Of a stretch of DNA of 64,000 nucleotides, positions 19,290 to 36,080 are shown piece after piece. The position numbers and the translations under genes are program-made. This DNA is from Eledone cirrhosa (taxonomy: Eukaryota). How positions within the stretch are numbered: position 1 is the first letter of the stretch; each line of letters opens with the position of its first letter. The stretch covers positions 265,608,001 through 265,672,000 of the forward strand of contig OZ024743.1 in the NCBI GenBank assembly GCA_964016885.1. The letters run 5' to 3'. The notes below the pieces were generated by a model. The model had not been told where the DNA came from and made no database searches. It was given only the letters and a program-made list of their open reading frames with translations.

Positions 19290-22200
19290 AGAGCGTTACT
19301 GTCTGGAGCCTTATTCCAAGTAGAGCCATAACGGGTGGGCCGTCTCCTTGGAAGATTCCAGATCAACAGTGACCCGCAGCACGACAGCTCTCCGCCACGA
19401 TGACAGCCCCATCATCCGGCTATTTTGTGGAGGGCCAACGACTCGCCCAGAAAAATCATCAAACTCTTTACGAAACCGAACAGAAGAAACCAGTGCGCAA
19501 AACATCGGAACTGACTCTGTAGGCCTCCCCTTACGAGAAATTGACTTAGTCTACACAATTCTTGTTGCCACATGAAATAACCTGTCGTTCCTTCACACCG
19601 GACAGCCATTCTGCTGTCGCGAAAGCTATTGCACGATAATATATCACGGGCGGGACTCTGCGAGACACGTTGGCCTTGCAGTGGCCAATTCATCGCAGGA
19701 GACCTCTGCCCCATCTCGAGTGGCCATGACTACCGATCAGATTTATGTAACACGGAACTGGCACTGCCCAAGCCCGTCCGCCAGTCACTTATCAGCTTGA
19801 ACCCGGTGAGCGACCGTCTATGCCCACCGATTTCGACAATGGGACAAGTAGATGACATATCGATGACTATGCTACTACAGACATCTCAAAGTACCGTGAC
19901 AAGAATGATAATTGATCATCTCTACAGGTTTTAAGACAAATTCCACCCCATGATATCACGATCTATCCTGACGAACGCCAATGCTACAATCTCTTCTTAT
20001 GGTCGGTTCCCCCCAACTGACGCATTGCGGCCCCACCTATATCAACGGTATCGCCTGCTGGTCCTGTGCCACTAAAACAATCTCTGTATCGCCGAAATCT
20101 GGTTCCCCTTCAGATACATCAATCATTGGACTTCGTACAGTCAGGATAGCAAACACGGAATGTAATCCACCACATTATAATCTCACGCCGCTGGTTGTCG
20201 TTTATCACCAATTGCCGGGGATGTAGAACTCAACTTGGCAATAGCGACCCACGGCTGTTTACTGCGACACTGAAGCTGAAGTTGAGGGTGGAGTCTGCCA
20301 CACGGTATCAGGCCCGCCTCATCCTATCTCCATGATCCCAACATCGCCTCTATATTTAGGAGGTCCATCTCCAATCGCTTCAATGCCTTGGCTGAGGACT
20401 GGACCGAAAATGGGAGATGTTTAAATCAAGAGTCAAACAGTTTGCGCGTGACGTCCTATTAAACACATGTCCCCTTCCCAAACGGCTCTGGGCTTGACTG
20501 CTAACGCTGTAGATAATTAACTGACCCCACAAGGTTCGCCTGTGCAGCGACATGCCTCTGTGTCGTCGGCTCAACCGGATCTGCAACAAGGCCTTCACAG
20601 ATGACCAAGAGAACATTTTGGTGGAAGAGGCCAGGAACAACGATCTCAGCCAGGTATTCATTATACTACGCAGAGCCCGTGCCGGTTACCGGATCAAGAC
20701 AGCCCTGGTGAAAGATACCAATGGCCAAGTCATTCCCACAGAAACCACCAGCCTCAGGCGCTTGAAGGAACACTTCAGCTGTCTTCTTCATCACCCACCC
20801 GCCACAATCGATCCCTGCCTAACCAACACCGCAGACACAGCTGCAGCCAACGACACTTGCAGATTCGATCCTGTCACCCACGCTGAAGTCAAAGCCTCAA
20901 TAAAAATTCTAAACAACCACACATCCCCTGGAATCTGTTGAAGGTGGGTGAAAATAACAGGATCCAGTGGCACCCACATCATCAACCATATATGGGTGTC
21001 AGAGCGCCTCCCAAATGACCGGAACCGTGGCATCATTCTCCTCTTCTGGAAATGGAATGGCGACAAACTCGTCTGCAGCAATAATAGGGGCATCACCCTC
21101 CTCTCCATCCCAAGCAAGCTCTTCACCAAGATCTCCCCAAGCAGTGCTCTACTCGCCATTAGAACCAGACATCAGTCACAACAAGCCGAATTCATGCCAA
21201 ATCGATCTACCGCCGACCATATATCTGCCCTTCGTCTCATTATTTAAATAGCTCGGGAGTTCTGCATAGATCGCCGCCTCTACCTCGCATTCCTCGACCA
21301 CAAGATGGCTTTCGAAACGATCCACCATGAATCCCTCTGGAAAGTTCTCAAGCTCATCGGTGCGCCTTCCAAGAACAGCAACCTGTTCCAACGGCTGTAC
21401 AGCAGTACCGAGAGTTGCGTGAGGGTGAAGTGGAAGGACTGCGGCTGGTATCTCATCAACAGAGGTCAACGTCTGTGAACGAGTTTCTAACGCACCTTCT
21501 AGAACCTTACCGACATGGAATACGCAGACGACACAACCATAGTCAGTCAGCAACACGATCGATCAGCTCAGGGACGCACTGACTATATACCGAAAGAAAT
21601 CAGCAAGGCTAGGGCTTCGGGTGAGTTGAGTGAAGACCATGCTGATGCATGTCGGTGACAGCGCGCTTCCTACCCCGTTTCATATAAATCCCAACATCGT
21701 GGGGTTTGTCAGCTCCTTCAGTTATCTGGGCTCGACAGTAACCAGCAATGGAGACCGGACTCCAGAGATCAGCCGCAGATGTGGTCTGGCCGTAGGAGTC
21801 ATGCACGCCTTAGGAAGCTCCCTTGACGCCACTGCGATATCTCACGGAAGACAAAGGTTCGTATTTACAATGCGTCGGTCCTTTCCGTTTTCCTGTATGG
21901 AGCAGAAAAATTGTCCGTCACAAACACCCTCTCAAAAAGGATCGACGGCTTCGATAGTAGTTCCGTGCCTGCATCCATCAGCCAGCAGCCATCCGCCGCA
22001 TCTGCTGATACGGACACGTCCCCCGCTTGCCGCTAGATCATCCTACCAGGGCCTTACTCTCGTTCGTCCCTGTAGCTACAGGCTGGCAGAGACCCCGCAG
22101 CAGGCCCCGCATCAGATGGCTGGGTGCCATTAAAGAAGATCTCCTGAGGCTCACATCACCCTGGAGGATGTAGAAGAGGTGGCACGGGACCGCCAGCAAT

Positions 22201-22300
22201 GGAGGGCACTTGTGGATCTCGTTGGCTCTACGCATGGTGATGCTTTTGGCATCATTGCCCCAACATGACCTCCGTCTCATCGAGCAAGAGAAAGAAGAAC
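19290..22300 (+). mobile_element. Decayed near-full-length RTE-clade LINE
   Basis: APE remnant AGLCETRW. RT remnants NRGITLLSIPSKLF, FMPNRSTADHISALRLI, DMEYADD (~21513) and FSYLGS. Many frameshifts. Confidence 0.8.
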
Positions 22301-23436
22301 AATAATGACAAACTATTCATAATATACATAAACTACTGTTTTTAATATTTATCTAGACTCTCTCTTTTCGTACGTTTTATCTTTGAACTATAATTGTACA
22401 ACATATACCACACATTATGTTCTGTGGTCTTGAAAAGAGAGTGACTTATTATGTGATAATCTAGAGAACAGGGTGGTCATCGCAGGTGTGTATTTGATCA
22501 TCGGCTTGCTGAATCCAGTGTGGATATGGGTATTAAACCAAAATAAGGGCTGGTGCGACACGTGGTATTTGAATTATATTTGTGGCACACATATATCCGA
22601 CACGGAAAACATTATCAGCTTGTGTTTAATTTGCTCAGAGCTAAGTGTTGTTGTTTGGATATATATATATATTGAGTTAAGAACTCAGAGTAGTCTCTTA
22701 CAATTAAATAGCTCTAAGAAAAAAACTTTTCCGAGCCGTACAATTTAATTGAATAAACAAGAGAGATGAACACTAATATAAACATACATGCGTTCGAATC
22801 GTAAGGACAACATTTGCTAGGGTGAAAAAATACTAACTACAGCAATATGGTTTGTCATCCTTAACTTTAAATATTAAATTAAGAAAAATAAAGAAAAATA
22901 ACAGACCTATATTGGGCAAAACGCCTAGTAACAACTAGACAGTATTGGAGACTGTTTAGCAACGACTTATGAAGTGATGTTCTCTGGTTTCTCTGCTCCT
23001 CAGTAGTTGTTGAGAAATTAGAGATCCTTTCACTTCTAAAAATATTAGAGAATGAATTGTGTACGATATAAATTATCGCACGTGTGATTCGGAACCCAGC
23101 GTATCTTGAAATTCCCTGCCGCTAAAAATAGCAGCCTGGCTGACGGGACATAAAGAATTAGCTCTACATGATTTACTGCATATAATGCCCAACATTTACC
23201 CATCTCATTACAGTTGACAATTGCAAACTTGACTGTCACCACAGGAAATGAACCTGAAAATTGCGAAAGCATGAAAGTACTTGTTCAATTAACACTTAAC
23301 ATTTAATATTCTACCATACTATTTCATTATAATATCGTTATAATTTTAAAGGATTGTAAATAAAACGAGTAAATCAGACAACGTTGGAATTCCTTTTATT
23401 AATATAATCTTTTATACACAATCATACAAACCCGTG

Positions 23437-25006
<1,570 letters not shown>

Positions 25007-25721
25007 GGTCAATTATGTCACACTGGACGTCTACCGTTTGCCGCATGTCCATTTGCGAATTATTTCACATGTATACGTTAAATAAACGTATATTTAGCCT
25101 CGATGTATAAATAGTCGTTAAAATATAGGCTTTTGAAGGAAACTAGCAGCTCTCCCCAAATAGGTTTGGTTTCATATAGTTGTTTTATCATAAATGTCTA
25201 CTTGGGTTGATTCTTCTGAGAGAGAGCAAGAGAGGGGGTAAGAGAGAGAGAGGGCGGTGGCAGAAAAAGGAGTGTATGAGTGAGTGAGAGAGAGTTGGAG
25301 GGAGGTGTGCGTGTGCGTGTGAGAGAGAAAGGCAATCCCCACACAGATACATAAGTATCTTTATGCTACTTTCTGTTTCTTACTGACACCATGCCAATGA
25401 TAAAACGACAACCAAGGTACATTGTATAGTCATATCTACATTTCTTCAGCGCTGTTTGTTTTACTATCTGACTGTCTCCCCTCCCCCCGACATTCTATGT
25501 CTATTGTGCCGTAAAGTAGGTTTGTCGTTTTCTCTTTAACTCCTACAGGTAGACACAGACATACACATTTTTTTTATTTAGATAGAGTGATGTTAATAGA
25601 AGGAAACTATCTCTCTATTTCGCTCTCTTTTTCTCTCCCTTTCCTCTCTCTCTTTCCCTCGCTCTGTACTCCTTTCTATTCCTCTCTCTCACTTTCCTCC
25701 CTCTCACTTACATACACATAC

Positions 25722-27764
25722 AGAATATCCTACTCCCAACTCCTCAGGATCCGCCGCCTCTGTAGCCGAGAAGCTGACTTCGAGTCCCAGGCCCTTTCCC
25801 TAGTCAGCCATTTCATCCGCAGAGGTTAACACCCCCCCCCCCTCTCGTCCACACCGCTCTCACCCGCGCCCGTGCTGTCCACCGCTCCACCACCCTCACC
25901 CCACGCCACCGCACACCCACCCACCGTCTCCACTTCCCCATCACCTACCACCCCTCCACATTACCCCTCCACCCCTCCACATTACCCCTCCACCCATCCA
26001 CATTACCCCTCCACCGCACCATCCGCCGCCTCTTCCGACGCCTCCAGTCCGACCCTCCACCTTCCACATCTTCCCAACCACACCACTCCCCTCCTTCAAA
26101 CGCGCACGCAATCTCCGCACCCTCATCGTTCACAGCTCCCTACCCCCCAACCCACGCTATGCCCCCCCCCGGTTCCTTTCCCTGTTCTAGGCCCCGCTGC
26201 AACACCTGTCCCCACATCACCAACACCACCACCTTCCAGGGTCCCAACGGCCACTCTCTCTCTGTCCGGCATGCCTTCCGCTGCACCTCCTCGAACCTAG
26301 TCTACTGACTTCGCTGCACCGAGTGCATCGCGACTTATGTCGGACAGACGGGACGTCGCCTGGCGGACTGATTTACTGAGCACCTCCGGGATATTCGTCT
26401 CGGTGGTAGTTCCCCCATCGCCCGCCACTTTGGTGGCCCTGGACATTCCGCACGCCATCTCACAGTCTGTGGCCTACTCCAATGCCACGGAACACCCGCC
26501 AATCGCCTTAGAGTCGAACAAAGAACTATCTTCACCTTACAGACCCACACTCCCCCCGGCCTGAACTCCCCACCCTTATTCCTTTAACCTTCGATCGCCC
26601 CCCGCCCCCACACTTATCCCCCACTAACACCACTAACACACCCCTCCTTTTCACCGCCCACCCCACAACTAACAATACTAACACCTCCACTCCACCCCTC
26701 ATCCGACCACCCTTCCCCAACTAACATACTAACATCCCTCCCTTCTTCTCCTCCTCCCCCTCCTCCTTATCACACGCACACACCTACCGGCACACATATA
26801 TACACGCGCTCACACTAAACACACACCCTACTACCACCACTAACCCTCACCCCCACACCTCCATCCCACCACCCCGCAACTAACCCCACTAACACCCCCT
26901 CACACCAAGCACACGAACACACGCACCCACTTACACCACCCACCCCACACGCAACTAACATCACTAACACCCCCCCAACCCTACGCACACGTACCCACAC
27001 ACCCTCGTACACCACCAACTCTACACACACTACCACCACTAACCCCCGCTCACACCTGCATTCAACCCTTCCCCACCTCCCGTATACTAACACACACTAA
27101 CACCCCCTTCATCAAACTACACACACACCAGTACACCACACTCCCTCCATAGAACTACACACACCCTTCTCTCCCCGCTCCACCCACACCCTTTCTCCAC
27201 ACTCACTCATCCCACTAACACCTCTACTAATACACACACACACCCTCCTCACTCCAACTTTCACACCTACCCATGCTCGCCCCTTTACCATTCCACCAAC
27301 TGCTGCTATGCCCACTGACCACCTCCCAGCACAAACAGACACACAGCACCCCCACCGCTTGACCACTTCCTGTTGCGCGCGCACCCCACATCTCTCCTCT
27401 TCCGACCATCTCTTCATGGAATACTCGTATGTGGAACTTGACCACCACAGAATCCACTAAACATCATAGGATTTTACCAACTTTTCAACCATCCTCTTAC
27501 GGAATCACCTATATAACTCACCCACACACACACCCAAAAAATGTTTTTTCTCCCACACGCCACCTACACCCACAACACACTTAAACCCCACACACACACA
27601 CGTGCTTTCCACCACATATTTACACCCTCAGCCTCCTGATTCCTCTCCCCCCACCCCTCTATCCACGCACGCACAGACACTCCGACCTACACCCACCCAC
27701 ACACACACACACCTCTTCCTGAACATGCAACCCCGTTCTTCCCCCAACCCTTACTTTCACATAG

Positions 27765-27796
<32 letters not shown>

Positions 27797-28212
27797 GTAC
27801 ACCTACACACACACACCACCTTCAGCCCTCCCCGCTCGGACACCCCGTCTCCCTCTCCCCACTCCACCCGCCACCACCCCTACACACCCCACACCCTTCC
27901 ACCACCTGTTTTACCCCCTTATAATTTCAGTTTATTTTGATCATGCTTTTATATTTAATTTTATTTCATTCCTTGTATTTTGATCATGCTTTATTTTTAC
28001 TTTTATTTTTAATTTCATTCGTACCGTTTCCTTTCGCTATATGTCTCTCCACCACTCCCTACACACCCTTTGAACTCTGTTCCCACACACTTCTCACCTG
28101 AGGAAGGGCTTATGCCCGAAACGTCCACCACCACCCCACTCTCCAGAGCGTGAAATTAATAAACATTCGTTGTACTGCCTCTCTGTTTTGTTCCTGTTCA
28201 AATTTTCTTCGC

Positions 28213-28215
<3 letters not shown>
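25722..28215 (+). mobile_element. 5'-truncated Neptune-like PLE (thumb, Cys linker, GIY-YIG, long C/A-rich 3' UTR, pLTR)
   Basis: YSQLLRIRRLCS...RGY; FPCSRPRCNTCPH; CTSSNLVY*LRCTEC...YVGQTGRRL...EHL; PPGLN, with stop at 26585. HHR core CTGAGGAAGGGC..GCCCGAAACGTC at 28098-28125. Confidence 0.85.
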
Positions 28216-28275
<60 letters not shown>

Positions 28276-28800
28276 AGTATGCATGTATACATACGGACAT
28301 ACATATATGTATACATAAGTACAGTAGTATGTATATATATATATACATACATGCACACATATATGTACGTATCGGTTTACCGAACATTTATTATAATGCT
28401 CGGTTTGTTTGTAAACAAACAAACAGCCCGAATTACGCCGTACAGTCTTTAGACAACCACGTCACCTTTTTGTGCATGTATATATCTGTGCATGTATGTA
28501 TACATATACATACTACTGTATTTATATATATTTATACATATACATACATATTTATACATATACATATACATACTACTGTATTTATATATATTTATATATA
28601 TTTCATTCGTACCGTTTCCTTTCGCTATATGTCTCTCCACCACTCCCTACACACCCTTTGAACTCTGTTCCCACACACTTCTCACCTGAGGAAGGGTTTA
28701 TGCCCGAAACGTCCACCACCACCCCACTCTCCAGAGCGTGAAATTAATAAACATTCGTTGTACTGCCTCTCTGTTTTGTTCCTGTTCAAATTTTCTTCGC

Positions 28801-28837
<37 letters not shown>

Positions 28838-29130
28838 AGTATGCATGTATACATACGGACATACATATATGTATACATAAGTACAGTAGTATGTATATAT
28901 ATATACATACATGCACACATATATGTACGTATCGGTTTACCGAACATTTATTATAATGCTCGGTTTGTTTGTAAACAAACAAACAGCCCGATTACGCCGT
29001 ACAGTCTTTAGACAACCACGTCACCTTTTTGTGCATGTATATATCTGTGCATGTATGTATACATATACATACTACTGTACGTCTGTATACATATATGTAT
29101 GTACGTATGTATACATGCATACTTACATTT
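28011..29130 (+). repeat. ~588-bp tandem duplication of the PLE pLTR plus adjacent repeat
   Basis: HHR cores at 28098 and 28686, with near-identical sequence following each. Confidence 0.85.
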
Positions 29131-29182
29131 AAGTAACTGCCGTACCAAGAGTGAGAAATGAAATTTCGTTTCATTCTATTCC

Positions 29183-29236
<54 letters not shown>

Positions 29237-29242
<6 letters not shown>

Positions 29243-30282
29243 AGAAGTAACATCAGATATAATTAATAAGATATACCATACCCACATTTCTTTATTACTC
29301 CTCGACAACGTAGTTTCGTGCATATTATGCAAAAACACTACATCACAGAGATGCAGTATTTCTGTGAGGTTTGCCGGCTTATCAAGAGGATACCTCATTT
29401 AGAGTTTCAAAACACATCCGTACGTCGCGAGATAGAATACCACAGAGGTGGAGGGGGTACTTATATCAAAGCTGTAGAAGAGATGGCTAGGGTGGCGAGA
29501 AGTATGAGTAATGATAGCTTTCCAGCAGTCACTACACTTCAATGGTTACTCTACCATAGGGAGTTATAAACAATATAAAGAAATACACAGATACATGCGG
29601 ACACATACATATACATGAATATATCCACATATATCCCTGAATTTGTGGTGCCAACCTCACCAATGTTGCTCTATGAATAACTGGGATACAATAATCCGAA
29701 TAGATTAGAATGATTCAGTATCAGAGCTATATAATACATTATAAAGAAAGAAGAAACATTAGATATAATTAATAAGATATACCATACCCAAATTCCTTCA
29801 TTACTCCTCGACTAGTTTCGTGGCATATTATGCAAAAACACTGCATCACAGACATACAGTATTTTTGGGAGGTTTGCCGACTTATGAAGAGGATACGTCA
29901 TTTTGAGTTTCAAAACTCATCCGTAGGACGCGAGATAGAATCCCGAAAGGCGGAGAGGGAGTCAATCACTTGATACAGCGTTCAAGAAACAGAGCTAATC
30001 CTCTTACAACCAAGAAAAAAATACCACATAGGCGGAGTGTTTTTGCATAATATGCCACGAAACTACGTAGTCGAGGAGTAATTAAGGAATTTGGGTATGG
30101 TATATCTTATTAATTATATCTAATGTTTCTTCTTTCTTCATAATGTATTATATAGCTCTGATACCAATGCATTCGGATTATTTTGTCCCAGTTATTCATA
30201 GAGCAACAACGGTTGAGGTTGGCACCGCAAATTCAGGGATATATTCATGTATATGTATGTGTCCGCATGTATCTGTGTACTT

Positions 30283-30290
<8 letters not shown>
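29237..30290. mobile_element. Fold-back element plus a partial direct copy; HHR 3' half (GAAA-CTACGTAG-TC)
   Basis: Inverted repeat ~29574-29842 / 30036-30290. 29245-29440 is repeated at 29750-29942. Confidence 0.75.
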
Positions 30291-30359
<69 letters not shown>

Positions 30360-30416
30360 TATATATAGATATATATATATATATATATATATATAGATAT
30401 ATATAGATATATATAG

Positions 30417-30478
<62 letters not shown>

Positions 30479-30499
30479 TTATATATATATTTATATATA

Positions 30500-30562
<63 letters not shown>

Positions 30563-30587
30563 TTATATATATTTTTATATATATAAT

Positions 30588-30649
<62 letters not shown>

Positions 30650-30699
30650 TATATATATATATTTATATATATTTATATATATATATTTATATATATATA

Positions 30700-30771
<72 letters not shown>

Positions 30772-30782
30772 TATATATATAT

Positions 30783-30835
30783 GTAAGTATGTATGTATAC
30801 GTACATACATATATGTATACAGACGTACAGTAGCA

Positions 30836-30877
<42 letters not shown>

Positions 30878-30927
30878 AGTATGTATGTATACGTACATGC
30901 ATATATGTATACAGACGTACAGTAGCA

Positions 30928-30969
<42 letters not shown>

Positions 30970-31019
30970 AATATGTATGTATACGTACATACATATATGT
31001 ATACAGACGTACAGTAGCA

Positions 31020-31071
<52 letters not shown>

Positions 31072-31385
31072 CAGGTACACATACATATATGTACGTATCA
31101 GTTTAGCGGACGCTTATTATAACGCCCGCTTTGTTCGTTTGTAAACAAACTGAACAGCCTGAATTTATGCCGTACGGTGCTAAGGCAACCACGTCACCTT
31201 TTTGTTCAACACTGACACAGGAACGATGTACTAGTTTCAAGTTGTTAGCTATCATCAGCACCGTATACCCTTCTGCCAGATGGTTGAACGTTGGAAAGTA
31301 TATACTTTCCTTATGAAATTAACGGCTGAGCAGCCTAATTTGCATATCGAGTGAGTTCGGCCAGGCGTACCGAAAACGATAAGTT
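30783..31385 (-). mobile_element. Non-coding HHR-bearing repeat (relatives at ~28270, ~28835 and 59300-59740)
   Basis: Minus strand 31224-31263 reads cggtg-CTGATGA-tagctaacaactt-GAAA-ctag-TA-catcg. Stem II is weak. Confidence 0.65.
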
Positions 31386-31412
31386 GTAATAAAATATATA
31401 TGTGTGTGTGTT

Positions 31413-31473
<61 letters not shown>

Positions 31474-31740
31474 GGGGAAGGGGCTTATCTTATCGCTGAT
31501 AATTTTTCCATTCCTCTCCCATTGTCTCATATCATTATCTTTTTCTATCTGTCTGTATCTCACACACATACCCCCTTCTTTCACTCAACATGTATCCTAC
31601 CGCTCCGCTCACTCACACTATGTATCTACCTTATTCTATCCCCGAGTGACTCTTTATCTTTCTGGTCTCATTCGCCCACGTAATCAGATTCTACACATCT
31701 CTATTTTCCGCTAATACATATTTTGTAAAAATTGTTTTCG

Positions 31741-31943
<203 letters not shown>

Positions 31944-33118
31944 GCCTCTCTCTCTCCCTCTCTCTCCTTCTCTCCCTCTCTCTCCTCTCTCTCTCGCGCA
32001 CTATATATATATATTTATTTATAAATATGTCTGTGTTTGCGTGTGTTTATATGTATGTGTGTGGCTGGTATGTGTATGCATATGCGATGTAATATATGTG
32101 TGAGTGAACGTGTGTTTGTGTTTCTATATGTTTCCGTCAATAAGCGTGTGTGCCTTTGTTTCTCTCCAGTCTGTGTTTCGTCTCTCAGCGAATTTCGCTC
32201 TCGTTTTATGATTCTGTGTGACACCTCTATCATACATACATATACATACACATACATACATACCTAAATCTAAACACACTTTGTATGAAACCTAAATACA
32301 ATAGCTACACATTAATCCCTGTGAGCTCATTAGCTCAAATAACCACACACTACGTTTCTTTCATATTTAAATCAGCGAATTATTCTTATTTGTGAGAATT
32401 CCACTAGGAATCATATAATTCTCATTTTGTTTGACCTCCTGGAAATTTAGTTAAAACATGAAGCTTCGGAATGGCTATGAGAATTCATACCATTTCTTTG
32501 TATCACTTCTGATCTCGTTTTTATGGTCTGTGACAAATTCCAGGCGTCGATATTATGTAAATACATTTGGGTGAGAGGAGGTACGAAAAGGGGCAAGAGG
32601 CGAGCTTAATTTATAGCTTCGTTTCAACTCTCAGCCGAAGATACTTTACGTTATTTAACAACAGTATTATTTTTCATAATAGCACGTCGTTCTAGAAATA
32701 GCAACCAAATATCCTTCGGATAGCATTGGTTGAAAATGTATATTGGATAATGAATTCTGGAATACACTCTTTGAAATATGAAAAACGGTATGGTCACAGA
32801 GGGAATACATTTAATTATAGGTTTGCAGGATTATTGTCAAACAATAATGTAGATGAAAAACCTATATTAGAAGCATTGGTAGTGTCAGTAAACATAACGT
32901 CGAGCTATTTGTAATATCAATGGATTATATTCTCAACACAGCCTCAAAGAGACGTTGTTTCCTATCAAGTCAGCCAGATGAACGTGATCTAGATATATTG
33001 GCAGAGCCTATTGCCATATTTGATCCTGCACTTTTGAGATCCTATTTCAAAACACACCGAGTTCAACATTGCCATTCATAAGTTGATATTCAATACAGTT
33101 AGAACGGGTGTTCGTCGC

Positions 33119-33301
33119 CTTCTTCTTCTTCTTCTTCTTCTTCTTCTTCTTCTTCTTCTTCTTCTTCTTCTTCTTCTTCTTCTTCTTCTTCTTCTTCTTC
33201 TTCTTCTTCTTCATCATCATCTTCTTCTTCTTCTTCTTCTTCTTCTTCTTCTTCTTCTTCTTCTTCTTCTTCTTCTTCTTCTTCTTCTTCTTCTTCTTCT
33301 T

Positions 33302-33374
<73 letters not shown>

Positions 33375-33466
33375 TTTCTTCTTCTTTCTTCCTTCTTTCT
33401 TCTTTCTTCCTTCTTTCTTCTTCTTCTTCTTCTTCTTCTTCTTCTTTCTTCTTTCTTCTTTCGTCT

Positions 33467-33498
<32 letters not shown>

Positions 33499-33556
33499 TT
33501 CTTCTTCTTCTTCTTCTTCTTCTTCTTCTTCTTTCTTCCTTATTTCTTCTTTCTTC
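33119..33556. repeat. Compound (TTC)n/(TCA)n/(TTA)n trinucleotide array
   Basis: Seen directly. Confidence 0.97.
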
Positions 33557-33996
33557 TAATCGCCCTCGCACACGTCGTCAGAATTGCCCATCGTCACCCA
33601 TGAAAATTTAGTGGCAAATTTAGAGCTTACCAAACAAATCTCCAGAAGTTCTTCGATCAATAGTTTCACCGTTTTTGTAAAAGAAAAATGAATGCTACAA
33701 CATATCGGATGTTAGTCCTTTGTCAGGAAATAGTACACTTAGGAGAAAAAGCAGGCTGGAAGGCTGAGGGCAAAACACGGTAAAAAGACGAAATACGATA
33801 AAATTAGTTAAAAGCCAACATTGGCTCATCAATTGATGGAGATGAAAACATGGCTGAAAAAAAAAAAACGAGACAAAATAACAGCGTCGGGTAAAATGTG
33901 TACCCCAAAGGACAGAAATCAGCGGCTGAATTTTGGCCTTTAAGGTAAAAATTCAGGTCTGACTCTGAAATCAAAAGCTCATCAGATTTCTGTTAG

Positions 33997-34034
<38 letters not shown>

Positions 34035-34174
34035 AAAAAATCCACAGACCCTCCATCTCAACTCTAGTTTTGAAAAGCAGAAGAACTGTGAAACCGGTAA
34101 AGGAACCAAATAAATATATATATTTAAAAAAAAAAATGCTCCAGTTGCATTTTCGATTTCATCTTTTTTCCTTG

Positions 34175-34205
<31 letters not shown>

Positions 34206-34218
34206 GTATATATATATT

Positions 34219-34324
<106 letters not shown>

Positions 34325-34348
34325 CTTCAAGCAAACTTTAACACCCTC

Positions 34349-34381
<33 letters not shown>

Positions 34382-34523
34382 GATATTAGACAGCATCGTC
34401 CTTCGTTCAGTATCAATTGCCATTAACATTTTCACTTTTATCCGGAGAAAATCATTTAACTTATCTTTCACAAAAATTATATCTCACAAATGCCTTTCGT
34501 GATTTAAAAAAATGTGTGCTTGT

Positions 34524-34554
<31 letters not shown>

Positions 34555-34955
34555 TTATAAATGTGTTTGTGTGTGTGTGGGGGGGGGTGGGGGTGCATGA
34601 GGGATGTTTAAATGCCGTTTTGATCTGTCGGCAAATAGATATATATATATATAATAAAGTATATATCCCTACACGCAAAAAGCGTCCAGGGACACATGTA
34701 TTGTCAACCATATGCCAATGTGGTTCAAGGGCAGGTTAATAAATTAACAAGCCAGAACATATATAATCAAGGTTTAGCAAATAAGAAAAAGTTTCATATA
34801 AATTTCAAAAAATTCACTGTACTCACTATGGTATATTTACACACGGCACTGGACAGAATTGCTTCCACATCATTCATTCTCATCTCGGGAACAGTTTTGA
34901 ATAGCGCCAGTTCGTAATTTGAATTCGGGAATTTTATATTCTCCGAGTGAAAAGA

Positions 34956-35043
34956 ACCTTCTGACGAGAGTTTATATTTTCACTGGAATGCCGCAAGGAC
35001 TGCTCCATTTATTTTTGAGACTCGAAACCGATTCGGTAAAGGT
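34956..35043 (+). ncRNA. Type I hammerhead ribozyme inside the fold-back element 34765-35113
   Basis: acctt-CTGACGA-gagtt...gactc-GAAA-ccgattcgg-TA-aaggt. All three stems pair. Inverted arms at 34765-34830 and 35048-35113. Confidence 0.85.
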
Positions 35044-35110
35044 GAACATAGTGTGTACAGTGAATTTTTTCAAATTTATTTTGAAACTTTTTCTGATTTG
35101 CTAAACCTTG

Positions 35111-35196
<86 letters not shown>

Positions 35197-35344
35197 CGTA
35201 TGTGCATTCTGGGACGCGTGTTTGTACATATATGATTTTTTTTTCTTTTCGACATTTGATTTTTAGAAATGTAACTGATATTGTTGATCATCTTGTATCC
35301 TCATATTACTTTTACTTCCTCTTCTTCGTCTTCTTTATATAAAG

Positions 35345-35497
35345 GTTTTGATCGGTCGGGCGAGCTTCTTGATCACAGATGCGGAAAGAGTTCCATCAAC
35401 GTCAATAACATAGGACGTTATGCTTACATCTACTTCCACACGGACCATAGCAACGAAAAGGAAGGTTTTTCACTGAAGTACAAATCTACCAACAGCG
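35345..35497 (+). CDS. CUB-domain protein, exon C
   Basis: Polypyrimidine tract plus aaAG acceptor, GTAAGT donor at 35498. Encodes GFDRSGELLDHRCGKSSINVNNIGRYAYIYFHTDHSNEKEGFSLKY (CUB CG...F.TD.S....GF...Y). Confidence 0.9.
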
Positions 35498-36016
35498 GTA
35501 AGTAGAAAATGATTTTCATCATTCATCACCAATATCAGTTCCAAAACCAATACAAGCACATCCTCACCCCAAAAATAAACATAAAACCCCTCCAATGCCA
35601 CCATTATGTCATACATCCAATATGTGTGACTACGCTTTTTTGATTTGATGTTTAATTCATTTCTGGATATATTACACTTTGGCAAAAGTTGTGGTAGTGT
35701 TGTTGGTTTTATACATTAATGTTGCTGTTCAAGTTGATTTTGTTGTTGACATCATCAATGTGGTTTGCATAATGTTACGTTTCATCTTTACGACGATTCC
35801 TACTCATAACGACGTTGTTTTTGTTGTTGTCATTGTTGATGATTTTGTCGCCATCTTAATGGATGGATGTGGCTGTAGTAACGGTACAACGGCTTCATCT
35901 CATCTTCAAATACTTAACGTATTGATAAAAACAATTAAACACACACCGGTATGACTGAAACATGATCAGTTACACTGATATCATACATGCATATATACAT
36001 ACACACACACTAACAC

Positions 36017-36076
<60 letters not shown>

Positions 36077-36080
<4 letters not shown>

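Noticed and set aside
32400-33060. Very decayed RT-like remnant (LFVISMDYIL...DLD)
   Set aside because: Too degenerate to call or delimit by eye.
33047-33611. Poly-K/R/L/F ORFs
   Set aside because: Trinucleotide repeat translations.
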